DNA of 64,000 bases from Escherichia coli (GCF_050920415.1 NZ_CP169309.1), one strand, 5' to 3'. Shown: positions 1 through 12,275, counted from the stretch's first letter. Made by a program: numbers and translations. The notes: generated by a model from the sequence alone, not told the origin.

Positions 1-404
1 TTGCGGTATGCAACCCACCATCCGTTCCAGGCTCCGAGAAGCAGTCCCAGAACCAACGTCACAATGATGGTGAGCGGCAAAGGCCAACCTAACCAGACGT
101 CACAAATAGCCGCGACGCCACCTAATAGCCCCATCATTGAGCCGACGGAAAGGTCGATTTCAGCAGAAATTATGACGAACACCATTCCTACCGCGAGGAT
201 GCCGGTAATCGCGGTCTGGCGTAACAGGTTGGAGACGTTACGGGCGCTTAAGTAGGCACCATCGGTGGTCCAGGTAAAGAACAGCATGATTGCGATGATA
301 GCTGCAATCATCACGAAGACCTGCAAATTCAGTGACTTCAGCCCGGAAAAGCCACCGGATGTCGGTACGGCCAATTTCACTTCAGACGGATTGCTTTTCG
401 ACAT
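1..404 (-). CDS. xylH: xylose ABC transporter permease XylH, 5' part only (gene runs off the window start)
   Basis: Minus-strand translation from the ATG at 402-404 reads [32 protein letters not shown], which I recognise as the XylH N-terminus; sits directly downstream of xylG. Confidence 0.85.
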
Positions 405-1923
405 GATGTTCGCTCCTCAATGCGGCTTCCATCACCTGCTCCTGAGTCAGGTTATGATTTATCAGGTTGGCTTTTAGTTTCCCTTCATGCATCACCAGTA
501 CACGATCGCTAAGGCCGAGCACTTCAGGTAATTCGGAAGAGATGACAATAACGGCAATACCCTGCTGGACGAGTTGGTTAATTAATTTGTAGATCTCGTA
601 TTTCGCGCCAATATCGATACCCCTGGTAGGTTCATCAAGAATGAGAATGCGCGGGTTGAGTAACAGACAGCGAGCGAGGATCGCTTTTTGCTGATTGCCG
701 CCGCTCAAACGTCCAATAGCAAGGTCGGGGGACGACGTTTTAACTTTGAGTTGCTGGATTGATTCCAGAATACATTTTTGCTCTGCCGCGTCATCAAGCT
801 GGCTAATACCGCCGGTAAATTTATTGAGTGCGGCGAGGGTAATATTTTTACCAACCGCCATTACCGGAACGATGCCGTCGCGCTTTCTGTCTTCGGGTAC
901 CATCGCAATCCCCTGGGCGATGGCTTGCTGACAGTTACGAATATCTACCTGTTTGCCATCAATATAAATTTTTCCTTCCCATTGTCCGGGCCACACGCCA
1001 AACAGGCACTGAATGGTCTCGGTACGTCCGGCACCAACGAGTCCGGCAATACCCAGTATTTCGCCACGTTTCAGGGAAAACGAGACATCATTAACTCGTT
1101 TAATATGACGATTAACCGGATGCCATGCCGTCAGATGTTCAATACGTAATATTTCATCTCCGGTGGTATGTGGTTCATTAGGGTAAAGCGCGGTTAACTC
1201 TCGCCCGACCATCATGGTGATAATATCGTCTTCACTCATTCCGGCAGCATCACGCGTACCAATGTGCTGACCGTCGCGAATAACGCAAATCGTATCGGAA
1301 ATCGCTTTGACTTCGTTGAGTTTGTGCGAAATATAAATACAGGCGATACCGTGCTGTTGTAGATCGCGAATAATATCCAGTAAAACCGACGTTTCCTGCT
1401 CAGTTAATGAGGCTGTCGGTTCATCGAGAATTAACAAGCGCACCTGTTTATTAAGTGCCTTAGCAATTTCAACCAGTTGTTGTTGCCCTAGCCCTAAATC
1501 GCCAACGCGGGTATCTGGTGAAATAAGTAAACTGACCTGTGCGAGCAGCTTCTGACAGCGTAGCGTCATCAGATCATAATCCATAATGCCATTATGGGTT
1601 ATTTCGTTACCCAGGAAGATATTTTCCAGCACGGTTAATTCTTTCACCAGCGCCAATTCCTGGTGAATGATGGCGATACCTTTGCGTTCGGTATCGCGGA
1701 TGTGACTCGCCTGAATCTCTTCTCCCGCAAAAATAATGTCGCCTTCGTAGGAGCCATGGGGATAAATACCACACAGCACTTTCATCAGCGTTGATTTACC
1801 AGACCCATTTTCCCCGCAGAGTGAGACGATTTCGCCAGCATTCAACCGCAAGCTAACGTTATCAATTGCCTTCACACTGCCGAAGGTTTTGGTAATGTTT
1901 TTCATTTCAAGTAGATAAGGCAT
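382..1923 (-). CDS. xylG: xylose ABC transporter ATP-binding protein XylG
   Basis: ORF 382..1959; start chosen at [15 protein letters not shown] (513 aa); two ABC ATPase domains with Walker A motifs GENGSGKST and GLVGAGRT. Confidence 0.93.
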
Positions 1924-2000
1924 AACGACTCCACCTAAGCCAATTAATTTACACGGCATGGAGAGAAATCACGCCCCCGCTCCTCGCCGGGGCGTAACGC

Positions 2001-2993
2001 TTACAGCTCGCTCTCTTTGTGGAATCCGTCTTTAACTACCGTATCTTTGATGTTGTTTTTATTCACATCGATCGGTGTCAGCAGGCGGGAGGGAACATCT
2101 TTCAGACCATTATTCAGTGTGGTATCTGCTTTTGGTTCCTGACCATTGCCCAACTCAACGGCAATTTCTGCGGCAGTATTTGCCAACAATGTAATAGGTT
2201 TATACACCGTCATAGTTTGCGTACCGGCAGCAATACGTTTAATACCTGCGAGATCGGCATCCTGGCCGGAAATTGCTACTTTCCCTGATAAACCTTGCGC
2301 GCTTAATGCCTGAATTGCCCCGCCGGCGGTGGCATCGTTTGAGGCAACCACGGCATCAATTTTGTTATTATTGGCGGTCAGCGCGTTTTCCATAATTTTC
2401 AGTGCGTTTTCCGGTAACCAGCCATCAACCCATTGGTCACCAACGACTTTAATTTTTCCGGAATCAACGTAAGGTTTTAACACTTTCATTTGTCCGGCGC
2501 GGAACAGCTTAGCGTTGTTATCTACCGGCGAACCGCCCATCAGGAAGTAATTACCTTGCGGAACAATATCGACCAGGGCTTTTGCCTGCAGTTCACCGAC
2601 TTTTTCATTATCAAAAGAAATATAAAAATCGATATCTGCATCGTTAATCATACGGTCATAAGCTAATACTTTAATACCTTCTTGTTTGGCTTCTTTTACA
2701 ACGTTACTTAATACCTGACCGTTATACGGAATAATGACAAGAACATCGACACCCCGGTTAATCATGTTTTCAATCTGCGACATTTGTGTTTCTTCATTGC
2801 CATTTGCAGACTGTACAAATACTTTCGCGCCGAGAGACTCTGCTTTTTTCACAAAAATATCTCGATCTTTTTGCCAGCGTTCAAGACGGAGATCATCAAT
2901 CGCCATACCTATTTTGACTTCTTTGGCGTGCGCCGCAACGTTGGTAAGCAGAAGTGAGGTGCAAAGGGTGAGTAGAATGTTCTTTATTTTCAT
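2001..2993 (-). CDS. xylF: D-xylose-binding periplasmic protein XylF
   Basis: ORF 2001..3071; start chosen at MKIKNILLTLCTSLLLTNVAAHA (signal peptide), 330 aa; periplasmic sugar-binding fold. Confidence 0.93.
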   Translation of the reverse strand: MKIKNILLTLCTSLLLTNVAAHAKEVKIGMAIDDLRLERWQKDRDIFVKKAESLGAKVFVQSANGNEETQMSQIENMINRGVDVLVIIPYNGQVLSNVVKEAKQEGIKVLAYDRMINDADIDFYISFDNEKVGELQAKALVDIVPQGNYFLMGGSPVDNNAKLFRAGQMKVLKPYVDSGKIKVVGDQWVDGWLPENALKIMENALTANNNKIDAVVASNDATAGGAIQALSAQGLSGKVAISGQDADLAGIKRIAAGTQTMTVYKPITLLANTAAEIAVELGNGQEPKADTTLNNGLKDVPSRLLTPIDVNKNNIKDTVVKDGFHKESEL

Positions 2994-3071
2994 GTTGTAG
3001 GGCCTTCTGTAGTTAGAGGACAGCTTTAATAAGTAACAATCACCGCGATAAACGTAACCAATTTTTAGCAA

Positions 3072-3346
3072 CTAAACAGGGGAAAACAATTACAGATTTT
3101 TATCTTTCGATTACGATTTTTGGTTTATTTCTTGATTTATGACAGAGATCTTACTTTTGTTGCGCAATTGTACTTATTGCATTTTTCTCTTCGAGGAATT
3201 ACCCAGTTTCATCATTCCATTTTATTTTGCGAGCGAGCGCACACTTGTGAATTATCTCAATAGCAGTGTGAAATAACATAATTGAGCAACTGAAAGGGAG
3301 TGCCCAATATTACGACATCATCCATCACCCGCGGCATTACCTGATT
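3072..3346. promoter_or_regulatory. divergent xylA / xylFGH control region (expected XylR and CRP sites; not individually mapped)
   Basis: About 275 bp AT-rich intergenic region between divergently oriented xylF and xylA; individual operator positions not resolved. Confidence 0.5.
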
Positions 3347-3358
3347 ATGGAGTTCAAT

Positions 3359-4681
3359 ATGCAAGCCTATTTTGACCAGCTCGATCGCGTTCGTTATGAA
3401 GGCTCAAAATCCTCTAACCCGTTAGCATTCCATCACTATAATCCCGACGAACTGGTGTTGGGCAAGCGTATGGAAGAGCACTTGCGTTTTGCCGCCTGCT
3501 ACTGGCACACCTTCTGCTGGAACGGGGCGGACATGTTTGGTGTGGGGGCGTTTAATCGTCCGTGGCAGCAGCCTGGTGAGGCACTGGCGTTGGCGAAGCG
3601 TAAAGCAGATGTCGCATTTGAGTTTTTCCACAAGTTACATGTGCCATTTTATTGCTTCCACGACGTGGATGTTTCCCCTGAGGGCGCGTCGTTAAAAGAG
3701 TACATCAATAATTTTGCGCAAATGGTTGATGTCCTGGCAGGCAAGCAAGAAGAGAGCGGCGTGAAGCTGCTGTGGGGAACCGCTAACTGCTTTACAAACC
3801 CTCGCTACGGTGCGGGTGCGGCGACGAACCCAGATCCAGAAGTCTTTAGTTGGGCGGCGACGCAAGTTGTTACAGCGATGGAAGCAACCCATAAATTGGG
3901 CGGTGAAAACTATGTTCTGTGGGGCGGTCGTGAAGGTTACGAAACGCTGTTAAATACCGACTTGCGTCAGGAGCGTGAACAACTGGGCCGCTTTATGCAG
4001 ATGGTGGTTGAGCATAAACATAAAATCGGTTTCCAGGGTACGTTGCTTATCGAACCGAAACCGCAAGAACCGACTAAACATCAATATGATTACGATGCCG
4101 CGACGGTGTATGGCTTCCTGAAACAGTTTGGTCTGGAAAAAGAGATTAAACTGAACATTGAAGCTAACCACGCGACGCTGGCAGGTCACTCTTTCCATCA
4201 TGAAATAGCCACCGCCATTGCGCTTGGCCTGTTCGGTTCTGTCGACGCCAACCGTGGCGATGCACAACTGGGCTGGGACACCGACCAGTTCCCGAACAGT
4301 GTGGAAGAGAATGCGCTGGTGATGTATGAAATTCTCAAAGCAGGCGGTTTCACCACCGGCGGTCTGAACTTCGATGCCAAAGTCCGTCGTCAAAGTACTG
4401 ATAAATATGATCTGTTTTACGGTCATATCGGCGCGATGGATACGATGGCGTTGGCGCTGAAAATTGCAGCACGCATGATTGAAGATGGCGAGCTGGATAA
4501 ACGCATCGCGCAGCGTTATTCCGGCTGGAATAGCGAATTAGGCCAGCAAATCCTGAAAGGCCAAATGTCACTGGCAGATTTAGCCAAATATGCTCAGGAA
4601 CATAATTTGTCTCCGGTGCATCAGAGTGGTCGCCAGGAGCAACTGGAAAATCTGGTAAACCATTATCTGTTCGACAAATAA
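3359..4681 (+). CDS. xylA: xylose isomerase XylA
   Basis: ORF 3347..4681; start at [18 protein letters not shown], 440 aa; recognised as XylA. Confidence 0.95.
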   Translation: MQAYFDQLDRVRYEGSKSSNPLAFHHYNPDELVLGKRMEEHLRFAACYWHTFCWNGADMFGVGAFNRPWQQPGEALALAKRKADVAFEFFHKLHVPFYCFHDVDVSPEGASLKEYINNFAQMVDVLAGKQEESGVKLLWGTANCFTNPRYGAGAATNPDPEVFSWAATQVVTAMEATHKLGGENYVLWGGREGYETLLNTDLRQEREQLGRFMQMVVEHKHKIGFQGTLLIEPKPQEPTKHQYDYDAATVYGFLKQFGLEKEIKLNIEANHATLAGHSFHHEIATAIALGLFGSVDANRGDAQLGWDTDQFPNSVEENALVMYEILKAGGFTTGGLNFDAKVRRQSTDKYDLFYGHIGAMDTMALALKIAARMIEDGELDKRIAQRYSGWNSELGQQILKGQMSLADLAKYAQEHNLSPVHQSGRQEQLENLVNHYLFDK

Positions 4682-4752
4682 CGGCTAACTGTGCAGTCCG
4701 TTGGCCCGGTTATCGGTAGCGATACCGGGCATTTTTTTAAGGAACGATCGAT

Positions 4753-6207
4753 ATGTATATCGGGATAGATCTTGGCACCTCGGGCGTAAAAGTTATTTTG
4801 CTCAACGAGCAGGGTGAGGTGGTTGCTTCGCAAACGGAAAAGCTGACCGTTTCGCGCCCGCATCCACTCTGGTCGGAACAAGACCCGGAACAGTGGTGGC
4901 AGGCAACTGATCGCGCAATGAAAGCTCTGGGCGATCAGCATTCTCTGCAGGACGTTAAAGCATTGGGTATTGCCGGCCAGATGCACGGTGCAACCTTACT
5001 GGATGCCCAGCAACGGGTATTACGCCCTGCCATTTTGTGGAACGACGGGCGCTGTGCGCAAGAGTGCACTTTGCTGGAAGCGCGAGTTCCGCAATCACGG
5101 GTGATTACCGGTAACCTGATGATGCCCGGATTTACTGCGCCTAAATTGCTATGGGTTCAGCGGCATGAGCCGGAGATATTCCGTCAAATCGACAAAGTAT
5201 TATTACCGAAAGATTACTTGCGTCTGCGTATGACGGGGGAGTTTGCCAGCGATATGTCTGACGCAGCTGGCACCATGTGGCTGGATGTCGCAAAGCGTGA
5301 CTGGAGTGACGTCATGCTGCAGGCTTGCCACTTATCTCGTGACCAGATGCCCGCATTATACGAAGGCAGCGAAATTACTGGTGCTTTGCTACCTGAAGTT
5401 GCGAAAGCGTGGGGTATGGCGGCAGTGCCAGTTGTCGCAGGCGGTGGTGATAATGCAGCTGGTGCGGTTGGTGTAGGAATGGTTGATGCTAATCAGGCAA
5501 TGTTATCGCTGGGGACGTCGGGGGTCTATTTTGCTGTCAGCGAAGGGTTCTTAAGCAAGCCAGAAAGCGCCGTACACAGCTTTTGCCATGCGCTACCGCA
5601 GCGTTGGCATTTAATGTCTGTGATGCTGAGTGCAGCGTCGTGTCTGGATTGGGCCGCGAAATTAACGGGCCTGAACAATGTCCCAGCTTTAATCGCGGCT
5701 GCTCAACAGGCTGATGAAAGTGCCGAGCCAGTTTGGTTTCTGCCTTATCTTTCCGGTGAACGTACGCCACACAACAATCCCCAGGCGAAGGGGGTTTTCT
5801 TTGGTTTGACCCATCAACATGGTGCTAATGAACTGGCGCGAGCAGTGCTGGAAGGCGTGGGTTATGCGCTGGCAGATGGCATGGATGTCGTGCATGCCTG
5901 CGGCATTAAACCGCAAAGTGTTACGTTGATTGGTGGCGGGGCGCGTAGTGAGTACTGGCGTCAGATGCTGGCGGATATCAGCGGTCAGCAACTCGATTAC
6001 CGCACGGGGGGGGATGTGGGGCCAGCACTGGGCGCAGCAAGGCTGGCGCAGATTGCGGCGAATCCAGAGAAATCGCTCATTGAGTTGTTGCCACAACTGC
6101 CGTTAGAACAGTCGCATTTACCAGATGCGCAGCGTTATGCCACTTATCAGCCACGACGTGAAACGTTCCGTCGCCTCTATCAGCAACTTCTGCCATTAAT
6201 GGCGTAA
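4753..6207 (+). CDS. xylB: xylulokinase XylB
   Basis: 484-aa ORF starting MYIGIDLGTSGVKVILLNEQG (FGGY sugar kinase N-terminal motif), immediately downstream of xylA. Confidence 0.95.
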   Translation: MYIGIDLGTSGVKVILLNEQGEVVASQTEKLTVSRPHPLWSEQDPEQWWQATDRAMKALGDQHSLQDVKALGIAGQMHGATLLDAQQRVLRPAILWNDGRCAQECTLLEARVPQSRVITGNLMMPGFTAPKLLWVQRHEPEIFRQIDKVLLPKDYLRLRMTGEFASDMSDAAGTMWLDVAKRDWSDVMLQACHLSRDQMPALYEGSEITGALLPEVAKAWGMAAVPVVAGGGDNAAGAVGVGMVDANQAMLSLGTSGVYFAVSEGFLSKPESAVHSFCHALPQRWHLMSVMLSAASCLDWAAKLTGLNNVPALIAAAQQADESAEPVWFLPYLSGERTPHNNPQAKGVFFGLTHQHGANELARAVLEGVGYALADGMDVVHACGIKPQSVTLIGGGARSEYWRQMLADISGQQLDYRTGGDVGPALGAARLAQIAANPEKSLIELLPQLPLEQSHLPDAQRYATYQPRRETFRRLYQQLLPLMA

Positions 6208-6374
6208 ACGTTATCCCCTGCCTGACCGGGTGGGGGATAATCCACATCTATATATATCAGTAATTAATTAATATTTAGTATGAATTTATTCTGAAATCAT
6301 TTGTTAATGGCATTTTTCAGTTTTGTCTTTCGTTGGTTACTCGTAATGTATCGCTGGTAGATATGGAGATCATT

Positions 6375-6716
6375 ATGAAAACCTCAAAGACTGTGGCAAA
6401 ACTATTATTTGTTGTCGGGGCGCTGGTTTATCTGCTTGGGCTATGGATCTCATGCCCATTGTTAAGTGGAAAAGGCTATTTTCTTGGCGTGTTAATGACG
6501 GCAACTTTTGGCAACTATGCATATCTTCGTGCTGAAAGACTCGGGCAACTGGATGATTTTTTTATCCGTGTCTGCCAGTTGGTAGCGTTAATCACAATCG
6601 GTCTCTTGTTTATCGGTGTTTTAAATGCGCCTATCAATGCTTATGAAATGGTGATTTATGCCATCGCCTTTTTTGTTTGCTTGTTTGGTCAAATGCGTTT
6701 GTTTCGCTCGGCATGA
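6375..6716 (+). CDS. yiaB: inner membrane protein YiaB
   Basis: ORF 6333..6716; start chosen at MKTSKTVAKLL (113 aa); hydrophobic, predicted membrane protein; position next to xylB. Confidence 0.65.
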   Translation: MKTSKTVAKLLFVVGALVYLLGLWISCPLLSGKGYFLGVLMTATFGNYAYLRAERLGQLDDFFIRVCQLVALITIGLLFIGVLNAPINAYEMVIYAIAFFVCLFGQMRLFRSA

Positions 6717-6761
6717 GCAACATAAAGCTCTTACACATTCAGGAATGAAAGGAATACTGTG

Positions 6762-7199
6762 ATGGACAACAAAATATCAACCTATTCTCCGGCATTTAGT
6801 ATTGTGTCATGGATAGCTCTTGTTGGTGGTATCGTTACCTATCTATTAGGGCTATGGAATGCAGAGATGCAGTTAAATGAAAAAGGATATTATTTTGCCG
6901 TGCTGGTGCTAGGACTGTTTTCTGCGGCATCTTATCAAAAGACCGTTCGTGACAAGTATGAAGGCATACCGACCACCTCCATTTATTATATGACCTGCCT
7001 GACTGTCTTTATTATCTCTGTTGCGTTATTGATGGTAGGTCTGTGGAATGCGACGTTATTACTCAGCGAAAAAGGTTTTTATGGGCTGGCTTTCTTCTTA
7101 AGCTTGTTTGGTGCAGTAGCGGTGCAGAAGAATATTCGTGATGCCGGAATAAACCCACCAAAAGAAACACAGGTTACCCAGGAAGAATACAGCGAATAA
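6762..7199 (+). CDS. yiaA: inner membrane protein YiaA
   Basis: ORF 6759..7199 (145 aa from second Met); hydrophobic, paralogous in architecture to the preceding ORF. Confidence 0.65.
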
Positions 7200-7240
7200 T
7201 TCACGTAAGCCCGGTCAGTCCAATGTAACCGGGCTTTTAC

Positions 7241-8236
7241 TTAACTCACTAGTCTGTTTCTGTCGATTCGTTGAAGCAGCACAGAAAGTAACAAACTCGC
7301 TGCCAACGTCGCGCAAAAGATCCAAATAATATCCAGTATTGGCCAGTTTTTAAGCTCAATCCCCTGGGTACGCAGCGCATGGATAATCAATGCGTGGAAC
7401 CCGTATATACCTAAAGAATGGCGTGATATCAGCCCAAGCCCGGGAACAGTATGTGTATCCAGCGTGTTTTTAACCAGAGTCAATAGTGCGATTGCGCAGA
7501 TAAAAACCATCGGCCCACAGTAAAGATACCAGGTATCGGCAAAATTTCCGCGCCACTGCAATTCATATAATGTCCCGCGAGAGATAATAAATACCCCCGC
7601 AACAAACAGTGTGGCGCTCACCCACGACAGTGCCTTATGCTGTGTGTCCATCATGCCAATGGCGCGCCCCAACATGCCATACAGGATGTAGTAAAAAGTA
7701 TCGCCATTGATATATAAGTTAATTGGCAGCCATTCAAAACTGTCGATTTTCTGCGGCACAGTATTTGGATTAGCGATGATGCCAATCACCACCATTAGCA
7801 CCAGCAACATTTTACCGCCGACGTTCTTCACCTGAATCAGCGGTGAAACCAGATAAATCACCGCAATCGCGAAGAAAAACCATAAGTGGTAAAAAACAGG
7901 CTTTTGCAGCAGGTTTTTTAGCGCCATCTCTACATTGATGGAGGTAAATAGCGCAATGTAGAGCAGCGCAACAGTGCTATAAAACAGCAGGCATAAGCCG
8001 ATGCGTAAGAAATGGCGCGGCTGGGCGCTGCGTTCGCCAAAAAAGAGATAGCCGGAAATCATGAAAAATAGCGGCACGCTGACACGAGAGGCAGAATTCA
8101 GAACATTGGCGATATCCCAGGTAGCGGGGCTAACACTATGAGCATTGGTCACATACCAGGTTGTGGTGTGAATCATTACCACCATTAAGCAAGCTATCCC
8201 TCGCAGGTTATCAATCCAGTAAATTTTGGGCTGCAT
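7241..8236 (-). CDS. wecH: acyltransferase-3 family O-acetyltransferase WecH
   Basis: 331-aa polytopic membrane ORF starting [25 protein letters not shown], typical acyltransferase-3 N-terminus. Confidence 0.8.
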   Translation of the reverse strand: MQPKIYWIDNLRGIACLMVVMIHTTTWYVTNAHSVSPATWDIANVLNSASRVSVPLFFMISGYLFFGERSAQPRHFLRIGLCLLFYSTVALLYIALFTSINVEMALKNLLQKPVFYHLWFFFAIAVIYLVSPLIQVKNVGGKMLLVLMVVIGIIANPNTVPQKIDSFEWLPINLYINGDTFYYILYGMLGRAIGMMDTQHKALSWVSATLFVAGVFIISRGTLYELQWRGNFADTWYLYCGPMVFICAIALLTLVKNTLDTHTVPGLGLISRHSLGIYGFHALIIHALRTQGIELKNWPILDIIWIFCATLAASLLLSVLLQRIDRNRLVS

Positions 8237-8410
8237 CTGTGTCTCTGTATCTGGTTAAAAAAAGTCTGACCGATAAATCATTCGGTTGGCACACTGGAAT
8301 AATCTGAGTTTTATCACTACAGCTTATAGAGGCTTGAGGAAATTCGTAAGATATCAGCCACTATACCGATATAAATAATAAGACTCACCTGCAAACCAGA
8401 CGGTAATTTA

Positions 8411-8710
8411 ATGATGATGAACTCTTTCTTTCCGGCAATGGCGCTTGTAGTGTTAGTGGGATGCTCGACACCGCCACCCGTGCAGAAAGCACAACGGGTA
8501 AAAGTTGATCCGCTGCGTTCGTTGAATATGGAAGCGTTATGCAAGGATCAGGCGGCAAAACGTTATAACACCGGCGAGCAAAAAATCGACGTCACCGCCT
8601 TCGAACAGTTCCAGGGAAGCTACGAAATGCGTGGTTATACCTTCCGGAAAGAGCAGTTTGTCTGTTCTTTTGACGCGGATGGCCATTTTTTGCATCTTTC
8701 CATGCGTTAA
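8411..8710 (+). CDS. ysaB: putative lipoprotein YsaB
   Basis: 99-aa ORF with lipoprotein signal peptide ending LVGCSTP; synteny upstream of glyQ. Confidence 0.7.
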   Translation: MMMNSFFPAMALVVLVGCSTPPPVQKAQRVKVDPLRSLNMEALCKDQAAKRYNTGEQKIDVTAFEQFQGSYEMRGYTFRKEQFVCSFDADGHFLHLSMR

Positions 8711-8804
8711 GCCCTGCTTTTTCCCGTTTCGTACTGTATATCTTCCATCCAGCGGGTATACTGATCCCTTCCTTTAAATCCACACGTATCCAGCACGAAA
8801 TAAT

Positions 8805-9716
8805 ATGCAAAAGTTTGATACCAGGACCTTCCAGGGCTTGATCCTGACCTTACAGGATTACTGGGCTCGCCAGGGCTGCACCATTGTTCAACCATTGGAC
8901 ATGGAAGTCGGCGCGGGAACCTCTCACCCAATGACCTGTCTGCGCGCGCTGGGGCCAGAACCGATGGCGGCTGCTTATGTTCAGCCTTCTCGTCGCCCGA
9001 CCGATGGTCGCTACGGCGAAAACCCCAACCGCTTACAGCACTACTATCAGTTCCAGGTGGTCATTAAGCCATCGCCGGACAATATTCAGGAGCTGTACCT
9101 CGGTTCCCTGAAAGAGCTGGGCATGGATCCGACTATCCACGATATCCGTTTCGTGGAAGATAACTGGGAAAACCCGACTTTGGGTGCCTGGGGGCTGGGC
9201 TGGGAAGTGTGGCTGAACGGCATGGAAGTGACGCAGTTCACTTACTTCCAGCAGGTTGGTGGTCTGGAGTGTAAACCGGTTACCGGCGAGATCACCTACG
9301 GTCTGGAACGTCTGGCCATGTACATTCAGGGCGTAGACAGCGTTTACGACCTGGTCTGGAGCGACGGTCCGCTGGGTAAAACCACCTACGGCGACGTGTT
9401 CCATCAGAACGAAGTGGAGCAGTCCACTTACAACTTCGAATACGCGGATGTGGACTTCCTGTTCACCTGCTTCGAGCAATACGAGAAAGAAGCGCAGCAG
9501 CTGCTGGCGCTGGAAAATCCGCTGCCGTTGCCAGCCTACGAGCGTATTCTGAAAGCCGCCCACAGCTTCAACCTGCTGGATGCGCGTAAAGCCATCTCCG
9601 TCACTGAGCGTCAGCGCTATATTCTGCGCATTCGCACCCTGACCAAAGCAGTGGCAGAAGCATACTACGCTTCCCGTGAAGCCCTCGGCTTCCCGATGTG
9701 CAACAAAGATAAGTAA
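8805..9716 (+). CDS. glyQ: glycine--tRNA ligase alpha subunit
   Basis: 303-aa ORF starting [25 protein letters not shown]; recognised as GlyQ. Confidence 0.97.
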
Positions 9717-9725
9717 GAGGCGGCT

Positions 9726-11795
9726 ATGTCTGAGAAAACTTTTCTGGTGGAAATCGGCACTGAAGAGCTGCCACCAAAAGCACTGCGCAGCCTGGCTGAG
9801 TCCTTTGCTGCGAACTTTACTGCGGAGCTGGATAACGCTGGCCTCGCACACGGCACCGTTCAATGGTTTGCTGCTCCGCGTCGTCTGGCGCTGAAAGTAG
9901 CTAACCTGGCGGAAGCGCAACCGGATCGTGAAATCGAAAAACGCGGCCCGGCAATTGCTCAGGCGTTCGACGCTGAAGGCAAACCGAGCAAAGCGGCAGA
10001 AGGCTGGGCGCGTGGTTGCGGTATTACCGTTGACCAGGCTGAGCGTCTGACTACCGATAAAGGCGAATGGCTGCTGTATCGCGCCCACGTGAAGGGCGAA
10101 AGCACTGAAGCACTGTTGCCGAATATGGTTGCGACTTCGCTGGCGAAACTGCCGATCCCGAAACTGATGCGTTGGGGTGCAAGCGACGTGCACTTCGTGC
10201 GTCCGGTGCACACCGTGACCCTGCTGCTGGGCGACAAAGTTATTCCGGCTACCATTCTGGGCATTCAGTCCGATCGCGTGATTCGCGGCCACCGCTTTAT
10301 GGGCGAGCCGGAATTCACTATCGACAATGCTGATCAGTATCCGGAAATTCTGCGTGAGCGCGGGAAAGTCATCGCCGATTACGAAGAACGTAAGGCGAAG
10401 ATTAAAGCCGATGCCGAAGAAGCGGCGCGTAAGATTGGCGGTAACGCTGACTTAAGCGAAAGCCTGTTGGAAGAAGTCGCTTCGCTGGTGGAATGGCCGG
10501 TTGTGCTGACCGCAAAATTCGAAGAGAAATTCCTCGCGGTGCCGTCTGAAGCACTGGTTTACACCATGAAAGGTGACCAGAAATACTTCCCGGTGTATGC
10601 GAACGACGGCAAACTGCTGCCGAACTTTATCTTCGTTGCCAATATCGAATCGCAAGATCCGCAGCAAATTATCTCTGGTAACGAGAAAGTCGTTCGTCCA
10701 CGTCTGGCGGATGCCGAGTTCTTCTTCAACACCGACCGTAAAAAACGTCTGGAAGATAACCTGCCGCGCCTGCAAACCGTGTTGTTCCAGCAACAGCTGG
10801 GTACACTGCGCGACAAAACTGACCGCATCCAGGCGCTGGCTGGCTGGATTGCTGAACAGATTGGCGCTGACGTTAACCACGCAACCCGTGCGGGCCTGCT
10901 GTCCAAGTGCGACCTGATGACCAACATGGTCTTCGAGTTCACCGACACCCAGGGCGTTATGGGGATGCACTACGCGCGTCACGATGGTGAAGCGGAAGAT
11001 GTCGCAGTGGCGCTGAACGAGCAGTATCAGCCGCGTTTTGCTGGTGATGACCTGCCGTCTAACCCAGTGGCTTGTGCGCTGGCTATTGCTGACAAGATGG
11101 ATACCCTGGCGGGTATCTTCGGTATCGGCCAGCATCCGAAAGGCGACAAAGACCCGTTTGCGTTGCGTCGTGCCGCGCTGGGCGTGCTGCGCATTATCGT
11201 TGAGAAGAACCTCAACCTCGATCTGCAAACACTGACTGAAGAAGCGGCGCGTCTGTACGGTGATAAGCTGACTAACGCCAACGTGGTTGATGACGTTATC
11301 GACTTTATGCTCGGTCGCTTCCGCGCCTGGTATCAGGACGAAGGTTACACCGTTGACACCATCCAGGCGGTACTGGCGCGTCGTCCGACTCGTCCGGCTG
11401 ATTTCGATGCCCGAATGAAAGCGGTATCGCACTTCCGAACCCTGGATGCGGCGGCAGCACTGGCGGCGGCGAATAAGCGTGTATCTAACATTCTGGCGAA
11501 ATCTGACGAAGTGCTGAGCGACCGCGTGAATGCCTCTACTCTGAAAGAGCCGGAAGAAATTAAACTGGCGATGCAGGTTGTGGTGCTACGTGACAAGCTA
11601 GAGCCGTACTTTGCTGAAGGTCGTTACCAGGATGCGCTGGTCGAACTGGCTGAGCTGCGTGAACCGGTTGATGCCTTCTTCGATAAAGTGATGGTCATGG
11701 TTGATGACAAAGAATTGCGAATCAACCGTCTTACCATGCTGGAGAAACTGCGCGAATTATTCCTGCGAGTTGCGGATATTTCGCTGTTGCAGTAA
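9726..11795 (+). CDS. glyS: glycine--tRNA ligase beta subunit
   Basis: 689-aa ORF starting [20 protein letters not shown], 9 bp downstream of glyQ. Confidence 0.97.
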   Translation: MSEKTFLVEIGTEELPPKALRSLAESFAANFTAELDNAGLAHGTVQWFAAPRRLALKVANLAEAQPDREIEKRGPAIAQAFDAEGKPSKAAEGWARGCGITVDQAERLTTDKGEWLLYRAHVKGESTEALLPNMVATSLAKLPIPKLMRWGASDVHFVRPVHTVTLLLGDKVIPATILGIQSDRVIRGHRFMGEPEFTIDNADQYPEILRERGKVIADYEERKAKIKADAEEAARKIGGNADLSESLLEEVASLVEWPVVLTAKFEEKFLAVPSEALVYTMKGDQKYFPVYANDGKLLPNFIFVANIESQDPQQIISGNEKVVRPRLADAEFFFNTDRKKRLEDNLPRLQTVLFQQQLGTLRDKTDRIQALAGWIAEQIGADVNHATRAGLLSKCDLMTNMVFEFTDTQGVMGMHYARHDGEAEDVAVALNEQYQPRFAGDDLPSNPVACALAIADKMDTLAGIFGIGQHPKGDKDPFALRRAALGVLRIIVEKNLNLDLQTLTEEAARLYGDKLTNANVVDDVIDFMLGRFRAWYQDEGYTVDTIQAVLARRPTRPADFDARMKAVSHFRTLDAAAALAAANKRVSNILAKSDEVLSDRVNASTLKEPEEIKLAMQVVVLRDKLEPYFAEGRYQDALVELAELREPVDAFFDKVMVMVDDKELRINRLTMLEKLRELFLRVADISLLQ

Positions 11796-11811
11796 TAACG
11801 TCGTTATTAAA

Positions 11812-11838
11812 AAGCCTGCCATCTGGCAGGCTTTTTTA
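11812..11838 (+). terminator. rho-independent terminator of glyQS
   Basis: GCCTGCC-ATCT-GGCAGGC hairpin followed by a TTTTTT run directly after the glyS stop. Confidence 0.7.
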
Positions 11839-12004
11839 TCGCTAAATAATAGAGCAACCTTTAATAATCTTCTGCTGAATAAAGATTGTCTCATATATTA
11901 ATTTTATGAGATTTTTTAGGATTATATCAAAGAGAAGAAAAGAACTTATTAAGCTAGAATAGCCACAGGTGCTTGAGACTGTTTGTCTCAGGTATTCACC
12001 GAAA

Positions 12005-12065
12005 GGCAGACAGAGAAAAGCCCCACCTGACTATAAATCAAAGTGAGGCCCCTCTATGCATAGAC
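12005..12065 (-). ncRNA. sokA: putative SokA antisense RNA of the hokA type I toxin-antitoxin locus
   Basis: Minus-strand candidate promoter (TTGATT, 17-bp spacer, TAACCT) reading antisense across the upstream in-frame ATG of the hokA ORF, followed by an imperfect hairpin plus U-run; ends inferred, not measured. Confidence 0.3.
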
Positions 12066-12115
12066 ACCATAAGGTTAGCCTCTTACTCGTTGGAAATCAA
12101 CACAGGAGGCTGGGA

Positions 12116-12268
12116 ATGCCGCAGAAATATAGATTACTTTCTTTAATAGTGATTTGTTTCACGCTTTTATTTTTCACCTGGATGATAAGAGATTCACTGT
12201 GTGAATTGCATATTAAACAGGAGAATTATGAGCTGGCGGCGTTTTTAGCCTGCAAATTGAAAGAGTAA
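12116..12268 (+). CDS. hokA: Hok-family small toxic membrane peptide HokA
   Basis: 50-aa ORF MPQKYRLLSLIVICFTLLFFTWMIRDSLCELHIKQENYELAAFLACKLKE preceded by Shine-Dalgarno AGGAGG; Hok family signature. Confidence 0.85.
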   Translation: MPQKYRLLSLIVICFTLLFFTWMIRDSLCELHIKQENYELAAFLACKLKE

Positions 12269-12275
12269 GAGTCTT

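Noticed and set aside
1-477. Plus-strand ORFs 1..255 and 265..477 at the window start
   Set aside because: Antisense to xylH and the xylG 3' end; the minus strand here encodes the XylH N-terminus.
9033-10292. 419-aa minus-strand ORF spanning glyQ/glyS
   Set aside because: Lies entirely antisense to the highly conserved glyQS coding sequence; composition biased toward Arg, Gln and His as expected for the reverse frame of a GC-rich gene; no plausible domain. Treated as a shadow ORF.
10452-11432. 326-aa minus-strand ORF inside glyS
   Set aside because: Antisense shadow ORF within glyS; no start context and no recognisable motif.
11796-12116. Possible insertion sequence between glyS and hokA
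   Set aside because: Expected from the K-12 arrangement (IS150), but the interval is only about 320 bp with no transposase ORF or terminal inverted repeats, so no mobile element is present.
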